Shown here in pieces: positions 8,866 through 18,685 of a stretch of 64,000 nt of DNA. This stretch comes from a virus. Lineage: Duplodnaviria > Caudoviricetes. The stretch spans positions 6 through 64,005 of IMG/VR virus record IMGVR_UViG_3300046664_000044; one strand, given 5' to 3'. The notes beneath the pieces are model-generated. The model was given only the letters and a program-made list of their open reading frames with translations, was not told the DNA's origin and did no database searches. Position 1 is the first letter of the stretch. The number at the start of each line of letters is the position of its first letter. The position numbers and the translations under genes are program-made.

Positions 8866-9927
8866 TTACTTGACCTTGATCTTGAAGGTCGCATTCGGTT
8901 CACGCGGAACCATCAGCGGCGCAGATTGGGTCAGCAGGTATTCCTGGCTTGGGTCTTCCTCGTCCCAATTCTTGAAGAACAGGTCGAGGGAGCGGAAGCC
9001 AGCGCGCTTGTCGCGGATCGCGCCGAAGCAGCGCACGCCGGACATCATATCGCTCACGCCTACCACGGTGTCGGTGTCGAGGTAGTAGGTTTCGGCCAGG
9101 GTGTCCGGGTCGATGTAGCGGGTGGTGTCCACGTAGCATTCGATCCGGCCTTGACCCGACACGCCGCTGATGGTGCCCATGTATTCGATGCTGTCTTCGT
9201 AGCCATCGGTCAGGGCGTTGATGCGGGTAACGGACGCTTGCACGCCGCCCACGGTCTTGTCCATCAGGTCTTTCAGGTCAACGCGCTGGGTGAACAGCTC
9301 CCAGGCATTGCCGCCGAAGATCAGGCGCGAGATGCGTGCGCCGGACAGCTCGTTCGACTGCTTGCGAGCGTCCTTGATGTCTTCCAGCGGATTCGCGGTG
9401 GTCTGATCCCAGGCGGCAGCGCCGGTCAGGGTGAAGGTCAGCGACGCATCGCGGCGGAAGTCCACCAGGGTTTCCGGGTAGTCTTCGCCTTTGATGATCA
9501 CGGCACCGTCGATGGTGGCGCGTGCAGCCAGATAGTTCCAGGTGTTTTGGGTCTTCTCTTTCTGCGTCTGGATCAGGTAGGCGATGACGGCATCGCGGCG
9601 CTGTTGCAGGGTCAGGGTGCCGCCATAGGCTTCACCGGCCAAGCGCTCCATGTGCATCGTCGGATCAACGATGTCTTTCTGCTTGGTGTAAGCAGGCTTG
9701 AAGCGCTCCGAGGTGTAGCCGGACAGGCGGTTCGGGCGACCGGACACGTTCGGCACGACGAACGGTGCCAGATAGCGCTTGTCTTCAAACACGCGGTCGA
9801 AGGAGATGTACTCCTGATCGAAGTTGATCTGCTGTTTGTAGAACTCGGTCAGCCAGAAAGCGGGTGCGACCTTCACGCGGCGCGATACGCCTTGGAGGGT
9901 CATCAGATCGTACAGGTCTGCGGCCAT
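8866..9927 (-). CDS. Major capsid protein (lambda gpE family)
   Basis: 353 aa; FKPAYTKQK, TQSAPLMVP motifs; follows the decoration gene. Confidence 0.92.
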   Translation of the reverse strand: MAADLYDLMTLQGVSRRVKVAPAFWLTEFYKQQINFDQEYISFDRVFEDKRYLAPFVVPNVSGRPNRLSGYTSERFKPAYTKQKDIVDPTMHMERLAGEAYGGTLTLQQRRDAVIAYLIQTQKEKTQNTWNYLAARATIDGAVIIKGEDYPETLVDFRRDASLTFTLTGAAAWDQTTANPLEDIKDARKQSNELSGARISRLIFGGNAWELFTQRVDLKDLMDKTVGGVQASVTRINALTDGYEDSIEYMGTISGVSGQGRIECYVDTTRYIDPDTLAETYYLDTDTVVGVSDMMSGVRCFGAIRDKRAGFRSLDLFFKNWDEEDPSQEYLLTQSAPLMVPREPNATFKIKVK

Positions 9928-9964
9928 GTTGTTGCTCCTTAATCAGTGTAAATGGTTTATACGG

Positions 9965-10351
9965 TTAGCCGACCAGATGGCCGACTTGGATGTTCTGGCC
10001 GACCAGCAGGGCTTTACGCTCTGCGTAGGTATCGACGGCTGCTTCCCACTTCAGCGCTTCGTGGTTGAAGCGGCCAGCAGTCCAGTACGGCACGTCCACA
10101 CCGGCACCGGCTGCGGGCTGCGCGGCGATGACGATCTGGTTCGGGGTGTGAGTGCCGGTGACATACGGGGTCACGGTGTTGTTAGCCAGCAGGGCGCACA
10201 CCTGATACTTCAGGATGGCCGCAGCCGACTTGGCAGCGTCGGTGACGGGTTGTACGCCGCCGATCCACAGTTGGAACGGTGCGGCACGGGTTGCGAACAC
10301 TTCGCTCGCGGCCAAGTCCTGTTTCGGATTCAGCGGGGTTTGGTCTGCCAT
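9965..10351 (-). CDS. Head decoration protein (lambda gpD-like)
   Basis: 128 aa between protease and capsid; G.FNHEAL.W motif. Confidence 0.8.
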   Translation of the reverse strand: MADQTPLNPKQDLAASEVFATRAAPFQLWIGGVQPVTDAAKSAAAILKYQVCALLANNTVTPYVTGTHTPNQIVIAAQPAAGAGVDVPYWTAGRFNHEALKWEAAVDTYAERKALLVGQNIQVGHLVG

Positions 10352-10398
10352 GATGATGCTCCTATAAAGGGTTTAGAGATTTACTGCCGGGCCGAATT

Positions 10399-10851
10399 TT
10401 ACTGCTTGGCTGGTTCCACTTTGTAGCCAGTCGCCAGCGAGAACGCGGACAGGATCGTGTCCACCTTGCTGCCAGCACCGTTGCCGCCCTTGTCAGCGCC
10501 GACATTCGGGTGATCAGCGTTGTTCATGGTTTCTTCAAAGCCGGTGCCTTTGTTGCCCTTGCTGGCGTCTTCCTGGGCCTTGCGGTCGGCTTCAGCTTTC
10601 TCGGCGGCCTTGCGGTCGGCTTCAGCCTTTTCGTCGGCGGCCTTCTTGTCGGCAGCAGCCTTTTCGTCGGCGGAAGGAGCGCACAGCGCCAGGGCGGCCT
10701 TCGCTTCGTCCACGGACATCGAGGTGGAGAAGGCGTAGTGGTTAGCCAGGGCCGGGTTGTTCTTCGCTTCAGCCGAGTTGATGATGCCTTGCACGCGGGC
10801 GCGTTCGGCGGTCTGTGCGGCGGCTGCTGCGGCTTTCTCTTGTTCGTTCAT
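10399..10851 (-). CDS. Nested in-frame scaffold protein (lambda Nu3 analog, 150 aa)
   Basis: Internal ATG (MNEQEKAAAA) with strong SD AAAGGAG, in frame with the protease; Ala/Lys/Glu-rich helix. Confidence 0.65.
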   Translation of the reverse strand: MNEQEKAAAAAAQTAERARVQGIINSAEAKNNPALANHYAFSTSMSVDEAKAALALCAPSADEKAAADKKAADEKAEADRKAAEKAEADRKAQEDASKGNKGTGFEETMNNADHPNVGADKGGNGAGSKVDTILSAFSLATGYKVEPAKQ

Positions 10852-11802
10852 GGTGCTCTCCTTTACAGGTTCAGTGGTTACTACGGTTTTCGTGTTGGCT
10901 CCTTCACCGCCGTCGTCAACTTCAACGTCTTCGATGTCGTCACCGTCGATCAGGGCTTGCAGCGCCGCACGCGGCACGGCAATCACGTCCACCAGACCCA
11001 ACGCTTTCGCATCGTCGGCTCGGTAGGTTTTGGCCTCGGTATCATAGACGACTTTCTCGTCCAGCTTCCGATTTTGCGCTACGACACTCACGAACGTAGC
11101 GCGGGACTTGTCAACGCCTTTCTGGATATCGGCCTTCACCGACGCAGGAAGCGCCTGATATGGATTGCCATCGACCTTGTGATCGCCGCTGTAGATAAAG
11201 GTGATCTTCAGGCCGATCTTGTCGAGCCATTGGCTCATATCCATGTGCATTGCAACCACGCCGACACTGCCCAGCCCTGCGGACGGAATGGCAATGATCT
11301 TGTCGGCAGCGGACGACAGCGCGTAGGCGGCGCTGTAGCAGTTCGAGTCCACCACGGCGATGATCGGCTTGCTGCCGCGTGCTGCCGCGATCTCGGCGGC
11401 CAGCTCGAAACAGCCTGCCGCTTCGCCGCCGTAGCTGTTCACGTCGAACACGATTGCGGTCACGTCCGGGTCGTTCAGTGCGAGGTTGAACTGCGAGCGC
11501 AGGAAGTTGTAGCCGGTGACGTAGCCGTAGTAGCCGCCGAAGCGGTTGATCAGCGAGCCGTGCATCGGGATGATGGCGAGGCCGTCAGCGAACGCGAACG
11601 CCTTGTTCTGCACGCGGTTGCTGAAGCCGTAGGCTTCGCACAGCTCGCCGCGCACCTGGGTCATGAACTTCTCTTTCGCCGTGTCCGGGTTCTGCGCGGC
11701 CATCATCATCAGGTCGTTGCTGAAGCCCTGGTAGGACGGGTGGATGAATTGCTCGCGCAGGTTCATGCGCTGCGCGGCGCTGTGGGCCAGATGGTCGCTC
11801 AT
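10399..11802 (-). CDS. Prohead protease, S49 family (lambda gpC-like), with C-terminal scaffold
   Basis: DVNSYGGEAAG, CYSAAYALSS, GSVGV motifs of S49 peptidases. Confidence 0.92.
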   Translation of the reverse strand: MSDHLAHSAAQRMNLREQFIHPSYQGFSNDLMMMAAQNPDTAKEKFMTQVRGELCEAYGFSNRVQNKAFAFADGLAIIPMHGSLINRFGGYYGYVTGYNFLRSQFNLALNDPDVTAIVFDVNSYGGEAAGCFELAAEIAAARGSKPIIAVVDSNCYSAAYALSSAADKIIAIPSAGLGSVGVVAMHMDMSQWLDKIGLKITFIYSGDHKVDGNPYQALPASVKADIQKGVDKSRATFVSVVAQNRKLDEKVVYDTEAKTYRADDAKALGLVDVIAVPRAALQALIDGDDIEDVEVDDGGEGANTKTVVTTEPVKESTMNEQEKAAAAAAQTAERARVQGIINSAEAKNNPALANHYAFSTSMSVDEAKAALALCAPSADEKAAADKKAADEKAEADRKAAEKAEADRKAQEDASKGNKGTGFEETMNNADHPNVGADKGGNGAGSKVDTILSAFSLATGYKVEPAKQ

Positions 11803-13460
11803 TACTTCTTCTCCTTTTGTTTGCGTGCAGGCGGTTGATCATCCTCGTTGCCGTGTTCGTCCTGCATGGTCTGTTGACGGTCGTTGGTTCCAGGCTTGGT
11901 CGCGTCCAGGCTGAACGCAAGGCCCAGCTCTTCGATCAGCTTCTCTTCGCTGGCGCGCTGCTGGAACACGGCGCGGTAGTCTTTGCCCAGGTTGGCGATC
12001 TCGTCCTGATAGGTGGACAGGCCGCCCTTGATGCGCATGAGTGCCGCCTGGGTTTCCTTCGTCTCGTCGATCTGCGACTGACCAGCGCCGATCCATGTGC
12101 AGGCCACCAGCGCCTCGCGCATGTACGGGTCGTAGAAGTTGAAGTTCTTCGGCAGCGGGATCACCGAGTCCTTGCGGTTGATCTCTTCTTCCAGCCAGCA
12201 GATGTACATCATGGTCGCCTGCTTGTCGGCCACGGTCTTCTTCCGGCCACGCATGAACTTCTCGGTTTCCGACATGGAGGCCCGTGCGCCCGCGTAGTTC
12301 GACTTGCTGAAGTCCTTGGTGAACTGCTCGGCGCTGATGCCCAGCGGCGCGGCGATGCGGCGCAGCAGGCTCTCTTCATACGACTGGCCGATGCCGCCCG
12401 GCGTGCCTGCGGTCTTCAGGTTCAGCTTCGTGCCTGGGAACAGGTGCGGCATCTTCACGCCGTCGATGCTGATGTTGTTCGCGCCGTTGATGTAGGCGGT
12501 CATGGCGGCCATGTAGTCGGACAGCGCAGTCTTCAGACCTGGGCCGCCAGCGCCCATCGACGCGAACACCACTTCGCTCGGCAGCTCCGATTCCACGGCG
12601 GCGGCGTAGGTCGCGTTGACGATGGCGTTTTGCAGCGTGATCTCGCTGAACTTGCGCGTCATCTTCATGTCCTTCAGCGCGCTCACCATGTCGGCCACGC
12701 CACGGGTCTGCTCGGCTTGCAGCATCTCCTTGATGTGGATGACCTGACGGCGGCCCCACGGGAAGTAGGCCGGGACACGACGCCATTTCCACTGATCTTC
12801 GCCTTGCATGAAGTCGCCGGGGAAGCCCTGGCGAATCCAGTAGGCTTGCGGGCGACCGTAGATGTCACGCTCGATACCGGCGCGCACGTTGGAGTCGTCC
12901 ATGCTGCCGTTCGGATTCGACAGGCGGGTAGGCGACACCATCTGGAAGCAGGTGTTGAACGGACGCGCCGCGTCGCGCTGCCACTCCACGGTCGCCAGGA
13001 CTTCGCCGGTAAAGAGGAAGCCGCCGACGCCGAGGCGGATCATGTCGGTGAAGGTCATGGTGCGGCCAGCGTCGAACCAGCAGTCCACGGAGTCGGCCAT
13101 CAGGTTGAAGCGCGACTCGACGACTTCCTTGAACTGCTTGGCCCAGGCTTCAGTTGCGCCGAGGGCTTTGTAGTTCGGATTGGAGACGAGGCGGAACTGC
13201 GCGCCGACGATGGAGTCGCGGTGGACGTGGACAGCGCCGGTAATGAGGCCGTCGTTCTGCACGGCGTCACGACCGCGAGCATCCATCAGCTCCTTGCCGC
13301 TGTTGATCTGCTGGTCGGGTGACACGATGGCCGGACGCCACGAACCCATCTCGCGGCTCCACTTCTCGGCACCTTCGATGCCACCGCCGTATGCCTGCTC
13401 GACCACGCCACTACCACCTGCGGTCGTAAGGGCTAGGGCTTTCTGTTTGCGGGATGCCAT
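11802..13460 (-). CDS. Portal protein, lambda family
   Basis: 552 aa; QTRGV, D.SKSNYAGAR, EEIANLG.DY motifs; follows gpW. Confidence 0.93.
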   Translation of the reverse strand: MASRKQKALALTTAGGSGVVEQAYGGGIEGAEKWSREMGSWRPAIVSPDQQINSGKELMDARGRDAVQNDGLITGAVHVHRDSIVGAQFRLVSNPNYKALGATEAWAKQFKEVVESRFNLMADSVDCWFDAGRTMTFTDMIRLGVGGFLFTGEVLATVEWQRDAARPFNTCFQMVSPTRLSNPNGSMDDSNVRAGIERDIYGRPQAYWIRQGFPGDFMQGEDQWKWRRVPAYFPWGRRQVIHIKEMLQAEQTRGVADMVSALKDMKMTRKFSEITLQNAIVNATYAAAVESELPSEVVFASMGAGGPGLKTALSDYMAAMTAYINGANNISIDGVKMPHLFPGTKLNLKTAGTPGGIGQSYEESLLRRIAAPLGISAEQFTKDFSKSNYAGARASMSETEKFMRGRKKTVADKQATMMYICWLEEEINRKDSVIPLPKNFNFYDPYMREALVACTWIGAGQSQIDETKETQAALMRIKGGLSTYQDEIANLGKDYRAVFQQRASEEKLIEELGLAFSLDATKPGTNDRQQTMQDEHGNEDDQPPARKQKEKK

Positions 13461-13469
13461 AGTCGCACC

Positions 13470-13733
13470 TTAGAAGAGGAAGCCCGCAGGCGCGGACGGG
13501 ATCAGGCCGCCGCCGCAGGGATCGGTGACACTGAAGCCGAGCTGGGTCTTCAGCGAGAGGATGTAGGCGTTCAAGCGCGCCGCGTTCGCCACGGCGTATT
13601 CGACACGCTGGCCGTTCTGATCGACCACGACGCGGGCCGACGTGCCGGTCATGAGTTCGTGGTATGCAGCGAGCGCTTCGTCGAGTCGCGCCTGAAGTGC
13701 TGCTGCGGTTACAGGGTCGGGAGTACAAGTCAT
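13470..13733 (-). CDS. Head-to-tail joining protein (lambda gpW-like, 87 aa)
   Basis: L.EAL.AYHELMTG...VVDQNGQRVEY...L.AYI motif between terminase and portal; start reassigned to the ATG at 13733. Confidence 0.85.
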   Translation of the reverse strand: MTCTPDPVTAAALQARLDEALAAYHELMTGTSARVVVDQNGQRVEYAVANAARLNAYILSLKTQLGFSVTDPCGGGLIPSAPAGFLF

Positions 13734-13746
13734 TTGATATTTCCTT

Positions 13747-15813
13747 TCAGGCGAGAGCTTGGGCCATTGCTGCAAAGTCAGGCTCGGATTTTACACGGTT
13801 TCCATAGGGGTTCTCTTCGTCGGCTTTACGGACAAAATCGTTCTGATCCCACTCTGCCGCCCAGGTCGGCGGGTTCGACCAGTCCAACGATTCGACACGG
13901 ACGTAGGTGGATACGCACAGGCCAATGCAGTAATACAGCAAGTCCCATGCCTCGTTTCGGGCGTTCACTTTCAACCAGCCCTTCATTTCCCGCACCTCGG
14001 CGCACAATTCAGCGAACCACGAGTCGGGGAGCCACGCCGGGAAGCTGATCATGCCCTTGCCCGGTTCCAGGCTGTCCAGGCGACCGTTCAGGTCGTCCTT
14101 CAGCACGTTCGAGTTCAGCATCAGGACAGGGACATCACCCCGCGCCGAGGTCTTACTATCTTTGCGCTCCGAGTCGGGGAAGGACACGCGGGTGCGCGGC
14201 TGGCCGGGCTTACCGTCACCCTTCAGCAGCACGAAGCGATTGGCGGCCCCCTGGTTGCGCAGACGACGCCAGAACTCGTAGGCTTTGCCGGTCACGCCCG
14301 CTTTACCACCGGAGTCGCAGCCGGTGATCTTGATCATCATCTTCCGGCCACTGCCATCGGACAGCTCGTATTCGAGGTTCATCACCTGCTCGACCAGCAA
14401 GTCCCAATCCTCGGTGTACGTCGCCGGGCGCACCGGCAGCGGGTGGCCGTCTTCGTCCAGGCGTTGCGACTTCTTGATCTCGAATCGGTCGATCACTTCG
14501 ATGTCGAACGGTGCACCCGGCTTGATGCCGTTCACCTGCACGACGAACGCGCCCTTCTGCACGTCCACGGTGGCCGCCAGGAAGCGCACGTGTTCCGGCA
14601 CCGTGCGGATCAGGTGTTCCGGCACCTTGGTGGCGCGGGCCTTCAGCGTCTCCGGTACGCGCAGTTCTTGCTGGGCCTTGCTGATGTATGGCTCGCCCAG
14701 GTCGTTGTTGTAGAACTTCTTCAGCGCTTCTTCGGAGCCGGTGCGCTCGAACTCATCCATAGCGTCGAGGTACATATTGACCAGCTTCTTCCACGTCACG
14801 AACGCGGCGGCCACGCCACGGAGCCAGAACGACGCGATCAGCGACTTCATGCCTTGGCCGCAGCGCTTGCCGAACTTGTTGATGTACTCGCCGTCCTTGA
14901 TCCACATGCCCCACTCGTTCATCTCGAAGCGGTTGTCGCCGTGGATGTGGTGGCCGCAGTGCGGGCATTCCATGCGCGTGCTCTCGGCGGCTTCAGTGTT
15001 GGACATGCCCTCTTCGCGGCGGTACTTCAGCATCTCGAATTTGCCCTCGAAGTAGCGGTCGCATTCGGGGCAGGGCCAGTACCAGCGGCGGCGGTCGCCA
15101 CGGTTGTACAGGCCGATGATGCCCGGTGCCGGTGGCGCTTCGTGCGGCGTGCGGCAGATGTACTTGATGTCGGTGATCTCGCGGGACGGCGACGACTCCA
15201 CAAGGCACATGGCATTGGAGCCGAACGTGGTGGTTCGCTTCATCGCCAAGTCGAACGGCTCGCCGTCACCATCCACGTCATCCGGCATACGGTCACGGTC
15301 GGTCAAGACCACACGCGGGATCGGCTTACCTGCCAGCTCGGTCGGCGTCGGCCAGGAGATCGACAGCATCATGCCGTTCTTGAAGTGCTTGTCGAACGTG
15401 TTGTCGTTTGCGGAGCCTGGGATCATCATGTCGCCCACGGCCTCGCTGTCGCGGTTCAGGCGGTCGATACGGCGCATGGAGAAGTCGCGGGCCGCCGTGT
15501 TGGTCGGACAGACGATCATCATGTCCATCGGGTCGATCTTGACCGAGTAGAGCGTGGTGTTGATGATCAGGCCGTCCGTCTTCGCGCACTGCGCCGGGCC
15601 GACGAAGGCGATGCCGCTGAACTCCGTCGATGCGAACACGTCCATCGGCTCGCGCATGTAGGGCGCAGTGCTGTTGAGCCACGGGCCGACATACGCGCCG
15701 GGCGAGTTCACCTTGCGGTACTTCGCGGCGGCTTCCGATACGGTCATTCGTTCTGGCGGGCGCAGTTGATCCGCGCACGCGATCACGATCTCGCCAATTG
15801 ATTTAAAGCTCAT
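13747..15813 (-). CDS. terL: Terminase large subunit (lambda gpA family)
   Basis: GPAQCAKT Walker A, ESSP, CPEC/CPHC zinc motif, VDVQ and CDSGG nuclease motifs, NEAWDLLYY; start MSFKSIGE at 15813. Confidence 0.95.
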   Translation of the reverse strand: MSFKSIGEIVIACADQLRPPERMTVSEAAAKYRKVNSPGAYVGPWLNSTAPYMREPMDVFASTEFSGIAFVGPAQCAKTDGLIINTTLYSVKIDPMDMMIVCPTNTAARDFSMRRIDRLNRDSEAVGDMMIPGSANDNTFDKHFKNGMMLSISWPTPTELAGKPIPRVVLTDRDRMPDDVDGDGEPFDLAMKRTTTFGSNAMCLVESSPSREITDIKYICRTPHEAPPAPGIIGLYNRGDRRRWYWPCPECDRYFEGKFEMLKYRREEGMSNTEAAESTRMECPHCGHHIHGDNRFEMNEWGMWIKDGEYINKFGKRCGQGMKSLIASFWLRGVAAAFVTWKKLVNMYLDAMDEFERTGSEEALKKFYNNDLGEPYISKAQQELRVPETLKARATKVPEHLIRTVPEHVRFLAATVDVQKGAFVVQVNGIKPGAPFDIEVIDRFEIKKSQRLDEDGHPLPVRPATYTEDWDLLVEQVMNLEYELSDGSGRKMMIKITGCDSGGKAGVTGKAYEFWRRLRNQGAANRFVLLKGDGKPGQPRTRVSFPDSERKDSKTSARGDVPVLMLNSNVLKDDLNGRLDSLEPGKGMISFPAWLPDSWFAELCAEVREMKGWLKVNARNEAWDLLYYCIGLCVSTYVRVESLDWSNPPTWAAEWDQNDFVRKADEENPYGNRVKSEPDFAAMAQALA

Positions 15814-16444
15814 CGTCGTCTTCCTCAACTTGCACCGGGGCGTGCTTCACTTCGTACACCATCTCCGCTGCGGCGTCCTTCACTTCATCGTTCGTGGGCT
15901 TTTCCTCGAACTCCTTCAGCACCGTGCGGTAGGACTCATTAAGCAGGCCGTCGCCCAGGTTCTTCAGGATGCGGCGCTGCGTCTCGTTCAATTCCGACTG
16001 GCGATCCACGGCGTCCACGAACAGGCGCACGGAGTTCTTCACGATCTTCATCACGCCGCCGATGGCGCGCACAACGCGGTCGGTCGGCCACAGGTTGCCC
16101 TCGCGTTCCTCCACGTCTTGCTTGATCTTCTGCGCGGCCCAAAACTCTTTCGCAAGCATCTTCGGCAGATCGCCAGGGTTCATGCGGCGGATCGTTTCCT
16201 CCACGTTGAAGACCGGGCGCACAAGGTACGGGGCGGCCACGTCGATGCGCCAAATTTGCGTGCCGTTGCGGATGCCGGTCGGCGGGCATTGGTGCAGTTT
16301 CTCGACGAGGATGCGGTGATCCATGCGGAACAGCACGGAGAGCTGCGACAGGTTCGCGCCTTCGTACATGATCACGTTGCTGGTTTCGTCGGCCTGCGCG
16401 TTCTTCCGGCGAGTGATGTGTTCCTGTGGCTTAGTCATTGCCAA
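15803..16444 (-). CDS. terS: Terminase small subunit; ends DDDEL
   Basis: 213 aa directly upstream of and overlapping terL; N-terminal HTH-like region followed by coiled coil. Confidence 0.75.
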   Translation of the reverse strand: MAMTKPQEHITRRKNAQADETSNVIMYEGANLSQLSVLFRMDHRILVEKLHQCPPTGIRNGTQIWRIDVAAPYLVRPVFNVEETIRRMNPGDLPKMLAKEFWAAQKIKQDVEEREGNLWPTDRVVRAIGGVMKIVKNSVRLFVDAVDRQSELNETQRRILKNLGDGLLNESYRTVLKEFEEKPTNDEVKDAAAEMVYEVKHAPVQVEEDDDEL

Positions 16445-16646
16445 TCCTTTCTGCGATCAAGGTGCGCAGCTCACGCGACGAGAGGCGCATGATGTCCTTG
16501 ATGTGGTTGTGGTGATAGATCGGCAAGGCGCGGCTGCAATTGCGATAGGCCGCGTAGGTGGGATAGGCCATGCCGATTAGAAGGCAGGCTTGTTGCGCCG
16601 GTCGCCCGACATGCGCTTCAAACCTTTCTATTATCTTGTTCGCCAT
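16431..16646 (-). CDS. Small putative DNA-binding (HTH-like) protein heading the late operon
   Basis: 71 aa; AQQACLLIGMAYPTYAAY resembles an HTH; overlaps the terS start. Confidence 0.55.
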   Translation of the reverse strand: MANKIIERFEAHVGRPAQQACLLIGMAYPTYAAYRNCSRALPIYHHNHIKDIMRLSSRELRTLIAERIGND

Positions 16647-16684
16647 AAAAAAAATCCCCAGCTATTCATTGAATAAGTGGGGAT
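16647..16684 (-). terminator. Intrinsic terminator between helicase and late operon
   Basis: ATCCCCAC-TTATTCA-A-TGAATAG-CTGGGGAT followed by T8 on the minus strand. Confidence 0.7.
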
Positions 16685-16690
16685 AATACA

Positions 16691-16707
16691 GCAGGGAAAA
16701 ACCCTGT
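16691..16707. promoter_or_regulatory. Palindromic operator (G/A)CAGGG-AAAAA-CCCTGT, copy at late-operon start
   Basis: Same 17-mer as at 28699, 32320, 32366 and 39607. Confidence 0.8.
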
Positions 16708-16715
16708 GGGCGTCT

Positions 16716-18398
16716 TTACAGAACTTCCTCGGCCAGCAGCGCTTCCACGCGAGTGTCCATGTCCAGGGCTTTGCCTTTCGCGTCCTTCAGCAGCTTCATC
16801 AGCTTGCGCCGCATCTTCCGCAGGATCGAGAACAGGAGCATCTGTGCGTCGTCCTTGGCCGTCAACGCTTCGATCACGGCTTCGTCCAGGGTGCCTTTGC
16901 AGACGATGTGGAAGACCGTCACGCGCTCGATCTGGCCTTGGCGATCCAGGCGGCCAACGAACTGCTGGTACAGCTCAAGGCTCCACGGGATGTCGAAGAA
17001 GACGACGATGTGGCCGCCGTCTTGCAGGTTCAGGCCGTGGCCGCCGCTGGCCGGGTGCATCGCCAGGATCGGTATCTGCCCCTTGTTCCACTTCTTGATG
17101 CACTTGCCGGTCTTGTCCATGAAGACGAGATTCGGGAAGTGCTTCTTCAGGCGCTCCTTCGACGAGCGATGGTGATAGCCCAGCAGGATCGGCTTGCCCT
17201 GTGCTTCCTCCACGATCTGCTTCAGCATGTCGATCTTGTGATCGTGGATGCGGTGAATCTTCAGCACCTTGGCGTGGTCGTCCTCTTCTTCCAGGCCCGG
17301 CTCCATCGTGGTGTTGTACAGCACGCCGGACGCCATTTGCAGCAGCTTGGCCGACAGCGCGGCGGCGGATTCGGCCACCACCTCGGTGCCGTCCGCGAGC
17401 GTCACCACCATGTCCTTCTCCATCTTGCGATAGAGGGTCATCTGCTCTTCGGTCATGTGTACCGGGCGCTCGATGTAGCGCGGCGGCACCATCGGCAGGT
17501 AGTCCTCGCGCTTCATCACCATGCAGATGTCGGAGATGCGCGCCAGGATGTCCTTCTCGCCGTCAGGGCGCAGCTCCCACTTGCGCGTGTACTTATTTTC
17601 GGTGAAGTATTTGCGCTGGTAGAAGGACAGCTCTTTGCCCAGGCGCTCGCCTTTGTCGAGCAGGTAAATCTGCGCGAACAGCGACATATAGCCTTCGGCG
17701 GCTGGCGTCGCGGTGAGGATGTGGCAGCGCGTGACGTTGCCGGGGTAATCGACCACGCTTTGCAGCGCCTTGAAGCGGTTGCTGTTGTGGTCTTTGAAGC
17801 CGCTGCTCTCGTCGATGATGATGCAGCGATACGGCCAGCCCTTGCCGCGCTTCAGGTAGAACTGCACCAGCCACTCGATCCAGTCGCGGCTGATGAAGTG
17901 CACCTGGGCCTTGTCCAGCGCCGCCTCCTGCCGCAGCTTCTCCTTCATACCAGCCATCCAGGCGCGGGCGTGCTTCTCGCGCTCGCTGGTGAACATCTGG
18001 CGCGACAGGCCATCGGCCATGCCGTCCTTGTAGGCTTTCTTCAGGCGCGGGTCGTCGTCGTCCACGTGCACGACGTTGTAGTTCATGGAGGCCAGATGCT
18101 CCCACTTGTCGAACTCGTTGGGCCACGTCGCGGTCGCCACGCGCAGCGGGCCGATCACCAGCACCTTCTCGCCGTCCTTCAGCTCTTCGTCGTCCAGCAG
18201 GCCGTGCACGAGGTCGGAGATCAGCGTGCCAGCACTGACAGTCTTGCCCAGGCCCATGTCGATGAAGAGGCCGCTGAACGGGTTGTCGCGCATGAAGGTG
18301 TACGCGGTTCCCTGGTAGCCGTGCATGTTCTCGCGCTTGAGCTTTACTTCGTCGAAGCGCGAGAGGATGTCGTACAAAAACGGATCGCTGTGACTCAT
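16716..18398 (-). CDS. SNF2-family (SF2) helicase
   Basis: DMGLGKT, DESS, LTATP, HPASGGHGLNLQ, Q..GRL.RQGQ motifs. Confidence 0.93.
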   Translation of the reverse strand: MSHSDPFLYDILSRFDEVKLKRENMHGYQGTAYTFMRDNPFSGLFIDMGLGKTVSAGTLISDLVHGLLDDEELKDGEKVLVIGPLRVATATWPNEFDKWEHLASMNYNVVHVDDDDPRLKKAYKDGMADGLSRQMFTSEREKHARAWMAGMKEKLRQEAALDKAQVHFISRDWIEWLVQFYLKRGKGWPYRCIIIDESSGFKDHNSNRFKALQSVVDYPGNVTRCHILTATPAAEGYMSLFAQIYLLDKGERLGKELSFYQRKYFTENKYTRKWELRPDGEKDILARISDICMVMKREDYLPMVPPRYIERPVHMTEEQMTLYRKMEKDMVVTLADGTEVVAESAAALSAKLLQMASGVLYNTTMEPGLEEEDDHAKVLKIHRIHDHKIDMLKQIVEEAQGKPILLGYHHRSSKERLKKHFPNLVFMDKTGKCIKKWNKGQIPILAMHPASGGHGLNLQDGGHIVVFFDIPWSLELYQQFVGRLDRQGQIERVTVFHIVCKGTLDEAVIEALTAKDDAQMLLFSILRKMRRKLMKLLKDAKGKALDMDTRVEALLAEEVL

Positions 18399-18685
18399 TT
18401 CAAAATCCTCATTGCTTCCTCAAGGTTGTCAGTCCAATAGATTTCGGCACCGTAGCGGCGCATCTCTTTGTGCTTCGAGAGCTGCTTCGGCTTCGGCTTC
18501 TCTCCGAACTTCTTCAGCTCGATGAAGATCACGCGCCCGCGCCGGATGAAGATGCGATCCGGCACGCCGGTCTGACCTGGGCAGATGAACTTCCCTTCCC
18601 ACCAGCCGCGCTTGTGCGCGTATGCGATCACCGCTTCCTCAAGGCTCACCTCAAGGTCGCGGCGCATGTTAGGCAGTGGCAGCAT
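18395..18685 (-). CDS. VRR-NUC domain nuclease (96 aa)
   Basis: GQTGVPDRIF...FIELK..G.KP...Q motif; start reassigned to the ATG at 18685 with SD GGAGG. Confidence 0.88.
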   Translation of the reverse strand: MLPLPNMRRDLEVSLEEAVIAYAHKRGWWEGKFICPGQTGVPDRIFIRRGRVIFIELKKFGEKPKPKQLSKHKEMRRYGAEIYWTDNLEEAMRILK

